Below are positions 1-8,145 of a DNA stretch of 64,000 bases, piece after piece (positions within the stretch are counted from its first letter, which is position 1; every line of letters begins with the position of its first letter). The notes below the pieces were generated by a model. That model worked only from the letters and a program-made list of their open reading frames with translations, was not told the origin of the DNA and did no database searches. This DNA is from a virus: positions 1 through 64,000 of IMG/VR virus record IMGVR_UViG_3300017754_002544. One strand, 5' to 3'. The position numbers and the translations under genes are program-made.

Positions 1-10
1 AATAAATAAA

Positions 11-424
11 ATGCCAAAATACTTTACAAAAGACGGAAAAGAATGGAAAGGAGCTACTCACAAGCATTCTTCTGGAAAAGTTATGACTGGAAAGACTCAT
101 ACTAAAACTAGTAAAGAATTATTCAAAGCTAGTGAATTAAAAAATGCTACAAAGAAAAAATTAAAAGTAGGAGGTACTGAGCATGTAGTTCACAAGAATA
201 AAAAAGGAGAAGTAGTAGTACATCATCCAAAAGTTTCTGCTGGAAAGTATGACAAGATAAACCTTACGAAAATGGCTAAAGTAAAGACTGTTGAAGAAGG
301 AGTAAAGGCAACCAAAGAATGGCACAAAGATAATCCACATATGAAATATAATAGTAAAGATTCTAAATCTTCTAATAAAGTGTGTAAAAAATGTGGAAAA
401 AAACGATGTAATTGCAAGAAATAA
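11..424 (+). CDS. Basic Lys/His-rich protein with Cys-rich C-terminus; putative DNA-associated core protein
   Basis: 137 aa, very Lys-rich; internal LKVGG separates two halves; ends CKKCGKKRCNCKK. Confidence 0.6.
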   Translation: MPKYFTKDGKEWKGATHKHSSGKVMTGKTHTKTSKELFKASELKNATKKKLKVGGTEHVVHKNKKGEVVVHHPKVSAGKYDKINLTKMAKVKTVEEGVKATKEWHKDNPHMKYNSKDSKSSNKVCKKCGKKRCNCKK

Positions 425-480
425 AAATAATTACTAACTATGAAGTTTGAAAACTGTTCAAGCATAAACAATAACTTAAA

Positions 481-1074
481 ATGAGAACAAAAAGCGTAAA
501 GGCAACTCCTAAAAAAGCTGTTTCTAAAAAAGTTGTCAAAAAAACGACTAAACCTAAATCTACCAAAAGAGTTATAAAATACGAAGATGGTGGTAAAAAA
601 TCGATACTGAAATCTAAAGGCATAAAAAGACCACTTCGTACAAAAGAGAGAGTTAATGAATCTAATGATGATTATGGAATATATGAAATAGGGTATAAAA
701 CTTCAAGAACTAATCCAATTACAGGTAGAAAAGTTGAAAAATCTAAAACTACTTCTGGTTTTAAAGCTATTGACGATGAAGACGTTAGACAGATGGGCAT
801 GGATTATTTGCCTAAAAAAGAAACAAGAAAAAAAACTATAATAGGTAAAAAAGGTAACGTAAAAGAAAAAGTAAAAATTTTTGAAATAACAACAGTTAAA
901 TCAAAAAACTCTAAACTTAAGCCAAAATATTACGCTAGCAAAAAAACTAAAACTGTAACTAAAAATGGAGAGGGTTTTAAAAAAACAAATGACTATGTTG
1001 GTAGAGATAAAAAAGTAAAACTATCACAAGATTCATTTAGAAATTATTCAGGTAGAGAAAAAGTTAAGATATAA
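481..1074 (+). CDS. Basic Lys-rich protein with histone H1-like N-terminal leader ending in KYEDGG
   Basis: 197 aa; leader PKKAVSKKVVKKTTKPKSTKRV shared with the next gene. Confidence 0.7.
   Translation: MRTKSVKATPKKAVSKKVVKKTTKPKSTKRVIKYEDGGKKSILKSKGIKRPLRTKERVNESNDDYGIYEIGYKTSRTNPITGRKVEKSKTTSGFKAIDDEDVRQMGMDYLPKKETRKKTIIGKKGNVKEKVKIFEITTVKSKNSKLKPKYYASKKTKTVTKNGEGFKKTNDYVGRDKKVKLSQDSFRNYSGREKVKI
506..574 (+). repeat. 69-bp exact direct repeat, copy 1 (copy 2 at 1129-1197)
   Basis: ctcctaaaaaagctgtttctaaaaaagttgtcaaaaaaacgactaaacctaaatctaccaaaagagtta read at both positions. Confidence 0.95.
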
Positions 1075-1103
1075 AAAATTAAGTTAATTAAACTTAAAAT
1101 TAA

Positions 1104-1838
1104 ATGAAAAAGTTAGTCAAAAAAGTAGCTCCTAAAAAAGCTGTTTCTAAAAAAGTTGTCAAAAAAACGACTAAACCTAAATCTACCAAAAGAGTTAGAA
1201 AATATGCTAATGGTGGAGCAAAGACTGGTTGCCCTGATGGATATGTGAGATCGACAAAAGGGGGCTGTATTTCAAAAAAAGATTTAGAGTATGAAGAATA
1301 CTCACCTGTATCAATGGATGCTGAAAAGGAAGTTAAATATATATTAAGTCAGCGAAATAACTGGGCTAATCAAGATTTAGCTAATAAAGTTAACAGATAT
1401 CCAAAAAATGATGAGGAAGATTTTTTTACTACTACACAAGATAGGTTAGGTATGTATATGGGTATACCATATCCTGGAGCAAGTGCTAAAAGCATGAAAG
1501 ACTTTAGAAAAGCGACTTACGATTTTTACCAAGCTAATCCAAATGTAAAACCATACATAGGAAGACTTCCAATTAAAAAGGAGTTGCCAACTTTATCTAA
1601 AGGAGGGACTAAAACCTCAGTTAAAAAATACGCTAAAGGAGGTACTAAAGCTAAATTAGGATCAGGAGAAAGATTTAAAGCACTTTCTACAAAAATAGAA
1701 AAAGCTTATCAAAAGAAAGGTAAGTCAAAAAGTGTTGCTGAAAAAATTGGAAAAGCAACAGCTGCTATTATTGGAATGAAGAAATATGGCAAAGCTAAGA
1801 TGACTAAAATGGCAGTTAAAGGAAGAAAAGGTAAATAA
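1104..1838 (+). CDS. Basic modular protein (shared leader, CPxG Cys module, basic C-terminal domain)
   Basis: 244 aa; motifs KYANGG, LSKGG, KYAKGG; C-terminal LGSGERF...IGMKKYG segment resembles small basic phage proteins. Confidence 0.7.
   Translation: MKKLVKKVAPKKAVSKKVVKKTTKPKSTKRVRKYANGGAKTGCPDGYVRSTKGGCISKKDLEYEEYSPVSMDAEKEVKYILSQRNNWANQDLANKVNRYPKNDEEDFFTTTQDRLGMYMGIPYPGASAKSMKDFRKATYDFYQANPNVKPYIGRLPIKKELPTLSKGGTKTSVKKYAKGGTKAKLGSGERFKALSTKIEKAYQKKGKSKSVAEKIGKATAAIIGMKKYGKAKMTKMAVKGRKGK
1129..1197 (+). repeat. 69-bp exact direct repeat, copy 2
   Basis: Identical to 506-574. Confidence 0.95.
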
Positions 1839-1863
1839 TATAAATAATCAAATAATCAACACA

Positions 1864-2163
1864 ATGGCAAAAAGAAGAATTAAAAATGTAGATGTAACTG
1901 TAGAGACAGATAAGTCAAAAGTTACTTTTAATAAAGAAGGTGAAAAAGTTAATATCAATATTGACACTCCTAAAGTAGATGTAGAATTCAATAGAGAGGA
2001 TAAAGATTCTAAAGAATTTAACTTAGATACTAAAAACTTAGATATCCATGTAAAGCAAGAAGGTGATGAAATCACAACAGAAGTTCAAGCAAAATCAGGA
2101 TTTTTAACTAAGCTAGGAAACTTAATTGGTAAAATTTTAACTAAAAGATTTAAAAGAAAGTAA
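1864..2163 (+). CDS. Hypothetical protein with short beta-type internal repeats
   Basis: 99 aa; VTVETDK / INIDTPKVDV / FNLDTKNLDI repeats; amphipathic basic C-terminal helix. Confidence 0.65.
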   Translation: MAKRRIKNVDVTVETDKSKVTFNKEGEKVNINIDTPKVDVEFNREDKDSKEFNLDTKNLDIHVKQEGDEITTEVQAKSGFLTKLGNLIGKILTKRFKRK

Positions 2164-2165
2164 TC

Positions 2166-2846
2166 ATGTCAGCTTTAGATACATCAAAGATTAAACAATA
2201 TCCTCTAAAAGAAACACAGTATGTAAAAGAGGATACTACTAAAAGGCAAATTGTTCTTCATCATACAGCCGGAAACTCTTCAGCATTAAATACTATGATT
2301 AATTGGAATAATGATGATAGAGGAAGGATTGCAACTTGTGTAGCTATTTCAGGTAAAAGTGCAAGTAATTCATATGATGGAGAAATAGTACAAGGATTTC
2401 CATCTAAGAGTTGGGCATACCATTTAGGTGTAAAGCAAGAAGTATTTGCAGCATATGGAGTTACATTCCAAAACCTAGATAAACTATCCATAGGAATTGA
2501 AATATGTAATTGGGGGCCTCTTACAAAGAAAGGAACTAAGTTTTACAACTATGTAGATAAAGAAGTTCCAAAAGATCAAGTATGTACACTAGATACTGCT
2601 TATAAAGGATACAAACATTGGCATGCTTATACTGATGCTCAAATTGAAGCTGTAAGACAATTACTTGTGTATTGGAAGGATATACACAATATAAACATAA
2701 CTTACAAAGAGGCTGATATGTGGAATGTTTCTAAACCAGCATTATCAGGCGTACAAGGAGTCTACACACATAATTCTTATAGAAAAGATAAGACTGATGT
2801 TTCTCCTCAACCTAAGTTGATTGCAATGCTTAAAACATTGAAGTAA
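2166..2846 (+). CDS. N-acetylmuramoyl-L-alanine amidase (Amidase_2-type endolysin)
   Basis: IVLHHTAG, AYHLG, SIGIEIC, YTDAQIEA, THN...KTDVSP zinc-amidase motifs. Confidence 0.88.
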   Translation: MSALDTSKIKQYPLKETQYVKEDTTKRQIVLHHTAGNSSALNTMINWNNDDRGRIATCVAISGKSASNSYDGEIVQGFPSKSWAYHLGVKQEVFAAYGVTFQNLDKLSIGIEICNWGPLTKKGTKFYNYVDKEVPKDQVCTLDTAYKGYKHWHAYTDAQIEAVRQLLVYWKDIHNINITYKEADMWNVSKPALSGVQGVYTHNSYRKDKTDVSPQPKLIAMLKTLK

Positions 2847-3004
2847 TGATACTCAGAAATAATTGGAGAAGAAGTCGCAAACAGTGGGACAAGTTTATTC
2901 TAAAGTTAAGAATAAGTTCATTAGATATATTTAGTTTAGAAATTGATATTTCAAGAGAATTCTACATGATATCATTTCTTAATTTTCAAATAAAAAATAG
3001 ATAA
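2846..3004 (+). CDS. Small hypothetical protein (52 aa; not in ORF track)
   Basis: ATG overlaps the amidase stop (TAATG); MILRNNWRRSRKQWDKFILKLRISSLDIFSLEIDISREFYMISFLNFQIKNR. Confidence 0.65.
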   Translation: MILRNNWRRSRKQWDKFILKLRISSLDIFSLEIDISREFYMISFLNFQIKNR

Positions 3005-3037
3005 TAAACAATAAATAAACAATTAAATTAAACAAAA

Positions 3038-3601
3038 ATGAAAAAGATGACCGGAAAAAAAATGCCTAAAACAACTAAAAAATACGCTGCTGGTGGAAAA
3101 GTTTTAGGTCAAGGTAGAGCTACTAGATTAGCTAATAGAGCTAATAAAAAAATGGATAAAGCTGTTTCTACTTGGAAGCAAGCACGAGCTATCCAAAATG
3201 CTGCACCAACATATTCTCCTGATATGAGAGGCAGAAAGTTGGAAATGTATAATCAAGCTGTAGAAGCAGCTAATTCACTTTATGATACTGCAGCAAGCAA
3301 AGAGGCAAGAGCTAAAAAATTAAGAGCAAAATCTGAAAAAGTAGGAGAAAGAGTTATAAGTAGATTAAACAAAAGAATAGATAAAGCAGGAAAAGATCTT
3401 AATAATCCAAAAAAAGCTAGTAAGTCAGTTCAGTCTTTTAAGATGGGAGGTAAAAAATCCTCTTGTAAAAAGTATGAACTTGGTGGAATGGCTTCAATGG
3501 ATTTACTTGGCAAAAAGAAAAAGAAGAAAAGCAGTAAAGGTATGAAAACTGTTTATCCAAACTACAAAAGAAAGATTTGTAAAAATGGAGTTTGTAACTA
3601 A
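3038..3601 (+). CDS. Basic Lys/Ala-rich protein with three GG motifs
   Basis: 187 aa; KKYAAGG, SFKMGG, KKYELGG; poly-Lys run; ends CKNGVCN. Confidence 0.7.
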   Translation: MKKMTGKKMPKTTKKYAAGGKVLGQGRATRLANRANKKMDKAVSTWKQARAIQNAAPTYSPDMRGRKLEMYNQAVEAANSLYDTAASKEARAKKLRAKSEKVGERVISRLNKRIDKAGKDLNNPKKASKSVQSFKMGGKKSSCKKYELGGMASMDLLGKKKKKKSSKGMKTVYPNYKRKICKNGVCN

Positions 3602-3616
3602 TTAAATTATAAATAT

Positions 3617-3642
3617 AAGAGGAGGCTAAAATCTCCTCTTTT
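3617..3642 (+). terminator. Intrinsic terminator candidate
   Basis: aagaggag-gctaaaat-ctcctctt stem-loop followed by a short T run. Confidence 0.6.
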
Positions 3643-3654
3643 AAAATTTTAGCT

Positions 3655-3843
3655 ATGCCAAAGATATTAGATAAAGCTGTAAAAGAGCTAATGGCTAAAG
3701 GTATGGATGAAAGCAAAGCATATGCAATCGCTACAGCATCTCTACAAAAATCCGGTAGCTTAAAAAAAGGAACTAGAAAAGCAACTGCAAAAGGGGTTAA
3801 AAGAGGTAAGATGACTAAAACTCAAAGAAAGAAGTCAAGATAA
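3655..3843 (+). CDS. Small basic hypothetical protein
   Basis: 62 aa; KGMDESKAYAIAT helix plus basic tail; abuts the next ORF. Confidence 0.65.
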   Translation: MPKILDKAVKELMAKGMDESKAYAIATASLQKSGSLKKGTRKATAKGVKRGKMTKTQRKKSR

Positions 3844-4107
3844 ATGGCCGAAAGAAATTATAAAAAAGAGTACAGTAAATTTCAATCTTCAGAAGAACAA
3901 AAAAAGAAGAGAGCTGAAAGAAATAAATTAAGAAGAAAAGCTCTTAAAAAAGGTATTGTTCAAAAAGGAGATAGTTATGACATGAGTCATACTAAAAATG
4001 GTGTTGTTAAAAAGCACAAATCAAAAAATAGAGGATCAAAGAAAGATATGAAAGGTGATATCAAAGCTAGAGGCAATGGTCAAAAAAAGAATCAGCCTAA
4101 AAGATAG
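3844..4107 (+). CDS. Small basic protein, degenerate HNH-like
   Basis: RNYKKEY...RAERN..RR...KGD..D.SH....S.NR pattern resembles small phage HNH-type proteins. Confidence 0.5.
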   Translation: MAERNYKKEYSKFQSSEEQKKKRAERNKLRRKALKKGIVQKGDSYDMSHTKNGVVKKHKSKNRGSKKDMKGDIKARGNGQKKNQPKR

Positions 4108-4126
4108 TAGCAAGATATTTAATCTT

Positions 4127-4158
4127 TTTGTTCTTAACTAATATAATATATAAATTTG
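4127..4158 (+). promoter_or_regulatory. Bacteroidota sigma-A promoter
   Basis: TTTG (4127-4130), 20-nt spacer, TAAATTTG (4151-4158) upstream of ATG 4174. Confidence 0.75.
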
Positions 4159-4173
4159 TAAAAATACATAAAA

Positions 4174-4992
4174 ATGCCTTGGATAATAGATAAAATAAAA
4201 GACATTCTTCCAAATAGATCATTCGGTAAAACTGCTAAAGATAATAGAGTTGCTAGACTTGTTGACTTAAATAAGCTTATTGATAGCATCAATGAAGGTT
4301 TTGCAAATTCTGGAGGTGATAGACTAACATCTGGTACAAGAGAAGTTGTACTAACTGATAATGCTGGTGATGCAGAGTTAACATTTAATGCAGGTACTGC
4401 AGTAATTCAAACTTCAAGTTCTGGAGCCGATTTATTTATTAGAACACTTGGTGGTGATGATATTATTCTTGAATCAGGAGATGACATTAGACTACAAGGT
4501 GATAAAGGTCTTTATGATGATGAAGCTGAAGGTGGTGACATAAATATTTACGCTGGACATGGTTCTGATGCTGATACAGTATCTGCTGGTCCTGGTGGAG
4601 ATATTAGAATTGAAGCTGGAGATGGAGGTAATAGTAATTCAGGTTCTGGAAATGTTGGTGGATTTGTAACTCTTCAAGGTGGATACACTACAGAAATTGG
4701 TCTTGCTGGAGGTGATATAAATATTTATCCTGGTAGTAGTAATAGTGGTATATATGGCAATGTTATTATAAGTGGCAACTTTACATGGGAATTCTCTACA
4801 AGAGATGCAACACTTAAATTTCCAGCAGTAACTTTAGCTACATTACCAAATCCAGTTGGAGTACCAGGAGCAAGAGCAATAATTGCTGATTCTAATGTAC
4901 CAGCACCAGGGAACTTTGGAGCTATTGCTGCTACAGGAGGTTCTGCTATAGTTCCTGTATTTTCAGATGGTGTAAATTGGTTAATAGGATAA
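4174..4992 (+). CDS. Gly-rich tail fibre/spike-like structural protein
   Basis: Repeats GGDINIYAG / GGDIRIEAG / GGFVTLQGG / GGDINIYPG; C-terminus VPVFSDGVNWLIG typical of phage fibre tips. Confidence 0.6.
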   Translation: MPWIIDKIKDILPNRSFGKTAKDNRVARLVDLNKLIDSINEGFANSGGDRLTSGTREVVLTDNAGDAELTFNAGTAVIQTSSSGADLFIRTLGGDDIILESGDDIRLQGDKGLYDDEAEGGDINIYAGHGSDADTVSAGPGGDIRIEAGDGGNSNSGSGNVGGFVTLQGGYTTEIGLAGGDINIYPGSSNSGIYGNVIISGNFTWEFSTRDATLKFPAVTLATLPNPVGVPGARAIIADSNVPAPGNFGAIAATGGSAIVPVFSDGVNWLIG

Positions 4993-5025
4993 TTTATATC
5001 CTTATTTTAATAAATAATTAAATTA

Positions 5026-5553
5026 ATGTCAAATAGAATAGACATAGATTTTTTAGTCACATCAACACCTTATTTTTTAAAGGTGCTTGACTTATCTCAT
5101 TGGGGCTTAATAGTCAATGAGCCAGCTATTATTGAAATAACTGTACCCGGATATACTGGGCATGTTACTAGGTATTTTGATAAAGGAAAGTCAAATATAT
5201 TTAATAGTAGTCTATTAGATATGTCTTGCCAAGAAGGATGTTTAGATGTTGAGAATATGTCTTTATCTGATGGTATATATACTATAAAAGTAATTGGATC
5301 TCCAAGTAAGTATAATAAAGTTTACTACTATTTAAAAACAGATTTATTCGATATGGAAGTAGATAAAATCTATATTGATAATTTGAATAATAGAAATAGA
5401 ATTGACTTAGTAAATAAATTGACTGAAGTAGAATTTTTAGTTAAAGCAGCTAGTGCACATCTGAGATTTGATGATATAACTACAGCCGGTATGTTATTTG
5501 AAAAAGCTCAAGAAATGGTTGAAGATTTAAAGAGTTGTTCTCACTGTAAATAG
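5026..5553 (+). CDS. Putative tail structural protein (crAss-like conserved gene)
   Basis: 175 aa; IEITVPGY and DGIYTIKV motifs; position in the tail block; C-terminal CSHC. Confidence 0.55.
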   Translation: MSNRIDIDFLVTSTPYFLKVLDLSHWGLIVNEPAIIEITVPGYTGHVTRYFDKGKSNIFNSSLLDMSCQEGCLDVENMSLSDGIYTIKVIGSPSKYNKVYYYLKTDLFDMEVDKIYIDNLNNRNRIDLVNKLTEVEFLVKAASAHLRFDDITTAGMLFEKAQEMVEDLKSCSHCK

Positions 5554-5558
5554 ATGTT

Positions 5559-5852
5559 ATGTGTGGATGTGGAAAATCAAGTACAGGAAATAGACTTTCT
5601 AGAAATAGTTCAAATCTAGGCGGTTGTGGAAATAGAAAACACACACTTATCAAATCTAAAAATAAATTAGTTGCATTATTAAACGTAACTACTGACGAAG
5701 ATTTAAAAAATAACTATAAACAAATTTTATCTGATATAGATAATACTTTAAAACAATCATCGACATCAGGTCAATGTGTAGATTTAAAGTTTGTTTCAGC
5801 AGTAAAAAATGAAATAGAATATGAGTACTCAAAGTATCGTAACCCTAGATAA
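5559..5852 (+). CDS. Hypothetical protein with N-terminal MCGC motif
   Basis: 97-aa ORF in a tightly packed operon. Confidence 0.65.
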   Translation: MCGCGKSSTGNRLSRNSSNLGGCGNRKHTLIKSKNKLVALLNVTTDEDLKNNYKQILSDIDNTLKQSSTSGQCVDLKFVSAVKNEIEYEYSKYRNPR

Positions 5853-6078
5853 TCTGCCAACAGATGTAGCAATGGCTCAATATTTAAGAGAGGCCTCATT
5901 AGACCTATTGAAATATTTAAGATTTGAAATTGGTTGTGTAGACCATAAAAAACTTTCTGAAATGCTTAGGTTACATAGATTAGTTTGTAACAATTATTGT
6001 TATGTAACTTGTGACCAAGATAAACTAATGAGAGAAAGCATAATAAGAAATGCTATAACAAAGATATACGAAATTTAA
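5821..6078 (+). CDS. Hypothetical protein
   Basis: 85-aa ORF in a tightly packed operon; Cys-containing. Confidence 0.65.
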   Translation: MSTQSIVTLDNLPTDVAMAQYLREASLDLLKYLRFEIGCVDHKKLSEMLRLHRLVCNNYCYVTCDQDKLMRESIIRNAITKIYEI

Positions 6079-6079
6079 T

Positions 6080-6538
6080 ATGGGATCTTGTACAGATAAA
6101 ATAAGTAGAACGTGCGGTAAAAAGGTTAATGCTAAATGTGTTGACTATGAAGGAACACTGCATGATGATACACAATTAACGAATTGTGGTTGTTATAATT
6201 TAGAAGATGTTGTTGAAGATATAAATAATACTATTAACAATATCACAAATGCTCTTGATACATCAGGATTAGGAGATAGCTGTATTACTTATACAGAAGT
6301 AAATGGAGAAATAACAATTAAAGAAGCATTATTAAGATTAGAGGAAAAAGTATGTGAAATAGCTAGTTTTGTAAATTTAGCTACACCACCAGCTTGTCCT
6401 CCTATTTTTACACAAGACATAACATGTTTAAATCTTGACTTTGAATGTTTAGTTGATCCATGTGGAGACCAAATAACAAATTTAAAAGACTTACTACAAG
6501 CTTTGATAACAAAGTCTTGTGAAGGTCCAGTATTATAA
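6080..6538 (+). CDS. Cys-rich putative tail-associated structural protein
   Basis: 152 aa; CVDYEG...L.DV and LDFECLVDPC motifs, paralogous to the following genes. Confidence 0.6.
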   Translation: MGSCTDKISRTCGKKVNAKCVDYEGTLHDDTQLTNCGCYNLEDVVEDINNTINNITNALDTSGLGDSCITYTEVNGEITIKEALLRLEEKVCEIASFVNLATPPACPPIFTQDITCLNLDFECLVDPCGDQITNLKDLLQALITKSCEGPVL

Positions 6539-6552
6539 TAAAATAAAAAGAA

Positions 6553-7080
6553 ATGGGACACTGCCACGACTGCGAAGATAACAATATACCTACAGTAAAT
6601 GAGGAAGCTTTAGAGTGCTGTGAATTTATTAGTGCTGATTGTGTTAAAACATCTGAATATAATTCATTTTTTAAAATTGGTATTGGTAAGTCTTTGACAT
6701 ACGTAATAAACACTATTGCTAAATACGTCAAGAAAAATAAAGATAGATTAGACAAAGTAGATGTTTTTAATAACTATGTTGCTTTACTATCTCAAACAAG
6801 CACAAACGCACCAGCAGTAACTGTTGTAAAAAATGATTTGACTGCACCTATTGTTTGGACTAGAATTTCAGCAGGAGAGTATAATGGAACTTTAGTTGGT
6901 GCATTTCCAGTTAATAAGACAATTATAAAACTTGGATCTTTTAATAGTTCTTGGGATGCTAAAGTAAAAGCGTATAGATTAAGTAATGATGTCATAGTTT
7001 TAAGAACTGGAGATTCTACGGATTTTATTGATGATGATGTAATTTCTAACCTACCTATTGATATTAAAGTTTACGATTAA
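6553..7080 (+). CDS. Putative tail fibre protein with Cys-rich N-terminus
   Basis: 175 aa; N-terminal HCHDC...ECC...ADCV; C-terminal YVALLSQ...WTRISAGEY beta domain. Confidence 0.6.
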   Translation: MGHCHDCEDNNIPTVNEEALECCEFISADCVKTSEYNSFFKIGIGKSLTYVINTIAKYVKKNKDRLDKVDVFNNYVALLSQTSTNAPAVTVVKNDLTAPIVWTRISAGEYNGTLVGAFPVNKTIIKLGSFNSSWDAKVKAYRLSNDVIVLRTGDSTDFIDDDVISNLPIDIKVYD

Positions 7081-7090
7081 AATAAATAAT

Positions 7091-8140
7091 ATGAGCTGTA
7101 ATAGTACTAATAAGTGTGGAAAACCTAACTGTGGATGCAGTTCGAGTCACACTTGTAATTGTGGAAGTTGTAATTCTTGTAATAACAATAGTTCATGCTG
7201 TGATCCATGTAATGAGCAACCTTGTGGATGCGCTGTAGAATTAGATATGGCATGCATAAGATACTCAGGTTCTAACCTAGATTGTGTTGGATTAACAACT
7301 GGAGAAACTTTAGAGCAACTAGTTGTAAGTCTAGATAATAAAATGTGCGATTTAAGTTCTGGAGTTGATGGAGAAAATGGAGATTCAGCCTATCAAATAT
7401 GGTTAAATCTTGGAAATATAGGTACAGAACAGGATTTTATCGATAGTTTAGGAGGAACTCCTGGACCTATAGGACCAGCAGGACCAGCAGGACCGACAGG
7501 GCCAACAGGACCAGCTAGTTCAAACATAGTTATAAATGGAGACGATGATATAGTTGTTACAACTGATAATAGTATACCTGGAACTACTACTTTTACTATA
7601 GGTAGACCTAAAGAGTTTTTTTATGATGACCATGTTCAAACATTAGATATTGAAACTGATTCAGCATTTATAGATAATACTTATTTTTTTCCAACACCTT
7701 ATTCAGGATTAACTTATACAAATACATCAGGAGATACTAAAAATTATTTAGTAACTGTATCTTATGATACATTCTCTGCAGTTAGTGGATTATTAAATGC
7801 TGCATCAATAGGCAGTTGGGTTGATGGAGCTATTATTAAAACAGTTGGATCTTCAGATACAATTCTATACGAAAGTCTAGGTACAAGTATTCTTCAAATA
7901 TCACTATATGATGGACCTAATATAACAAATGTTATAAACTTAAGCTCCCTAGATACTGTTGAGACTGTAGATGGTGACGCAGTGTATGCAGCTTTTGGTT
8001 CAAGTAGAATTCCTAGAAATATATCTTTTGTGTATCCAGTAACATTAAACAATACTGAAAAGGTAAGTCTTAAGTTTAAAGGAAAGTCCGGTAATAGAGC
8101 TTGGTTATCAAAAGCTCAAATTTTAGTACAAGAAATTTAA
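7091..8140 (+). CDS. Tail fibre protein with metallothionein-like Cys-rich N-terminus and short collagen segment
   Basis: Start moved to ATG 7091 (MSCNSTNKC); GENGDSAYQIW...FIDSL motif; GPIGPAGPAGPTGPTGPA. Confidence 0.7.
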   Translation: MSCNSTNKCGKPNCGCSSSHTCNCGSCNSCNNNSSCCDPCNEQPCGCAVELDMACIRYSGSNLDCVGLTTGETLEQLVVSLDNKMCDLSSGVDGENGDSAYQIWLNLGNIGTEQDFIDSLGGTPGPIGPAGPAGPTGPTGPASSNIVINGDDDIVVTTDNSIPGTTTFTIGRPKEFFYDDHVQTLDIETDSAFIDNTYFFPTPYSGLTYTNTSGDTKNYLVTVSYDTFSAVSGLLNAASIGSWVDGAIIKTVGSSDTILYESLGTSILQISLYDGPNITNVINLSSLDTVETVDGDAVYAAFGSSRIPRNISFVYPVTLNNTEKVSLKFKGKSGNRAWLSKAQILVQEI

Positions 8141-8145
8141 TAATT

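Noticed and set aside
506-1197. Direct repeats as CRISPR array, DGR template/variable repeat, or att sites
   Set aside because: Only two in-frame coding copies; no spacers, no adenine-specific mismatches, and no reverse transcriptase, cas or integrase gene in the window
1864-2163. Holin next to the amidase
   Set aside because: No transmembrane-length hydrophobic segment; highly charged
4440-4780. GG-containing repeats in ORF 4174 as members of the cargo GG motif
   Set aside because: Context is GG-D-I-x-I-x-x-G, a structural beta repeat without the upstream K-[YF]-x-x pattern
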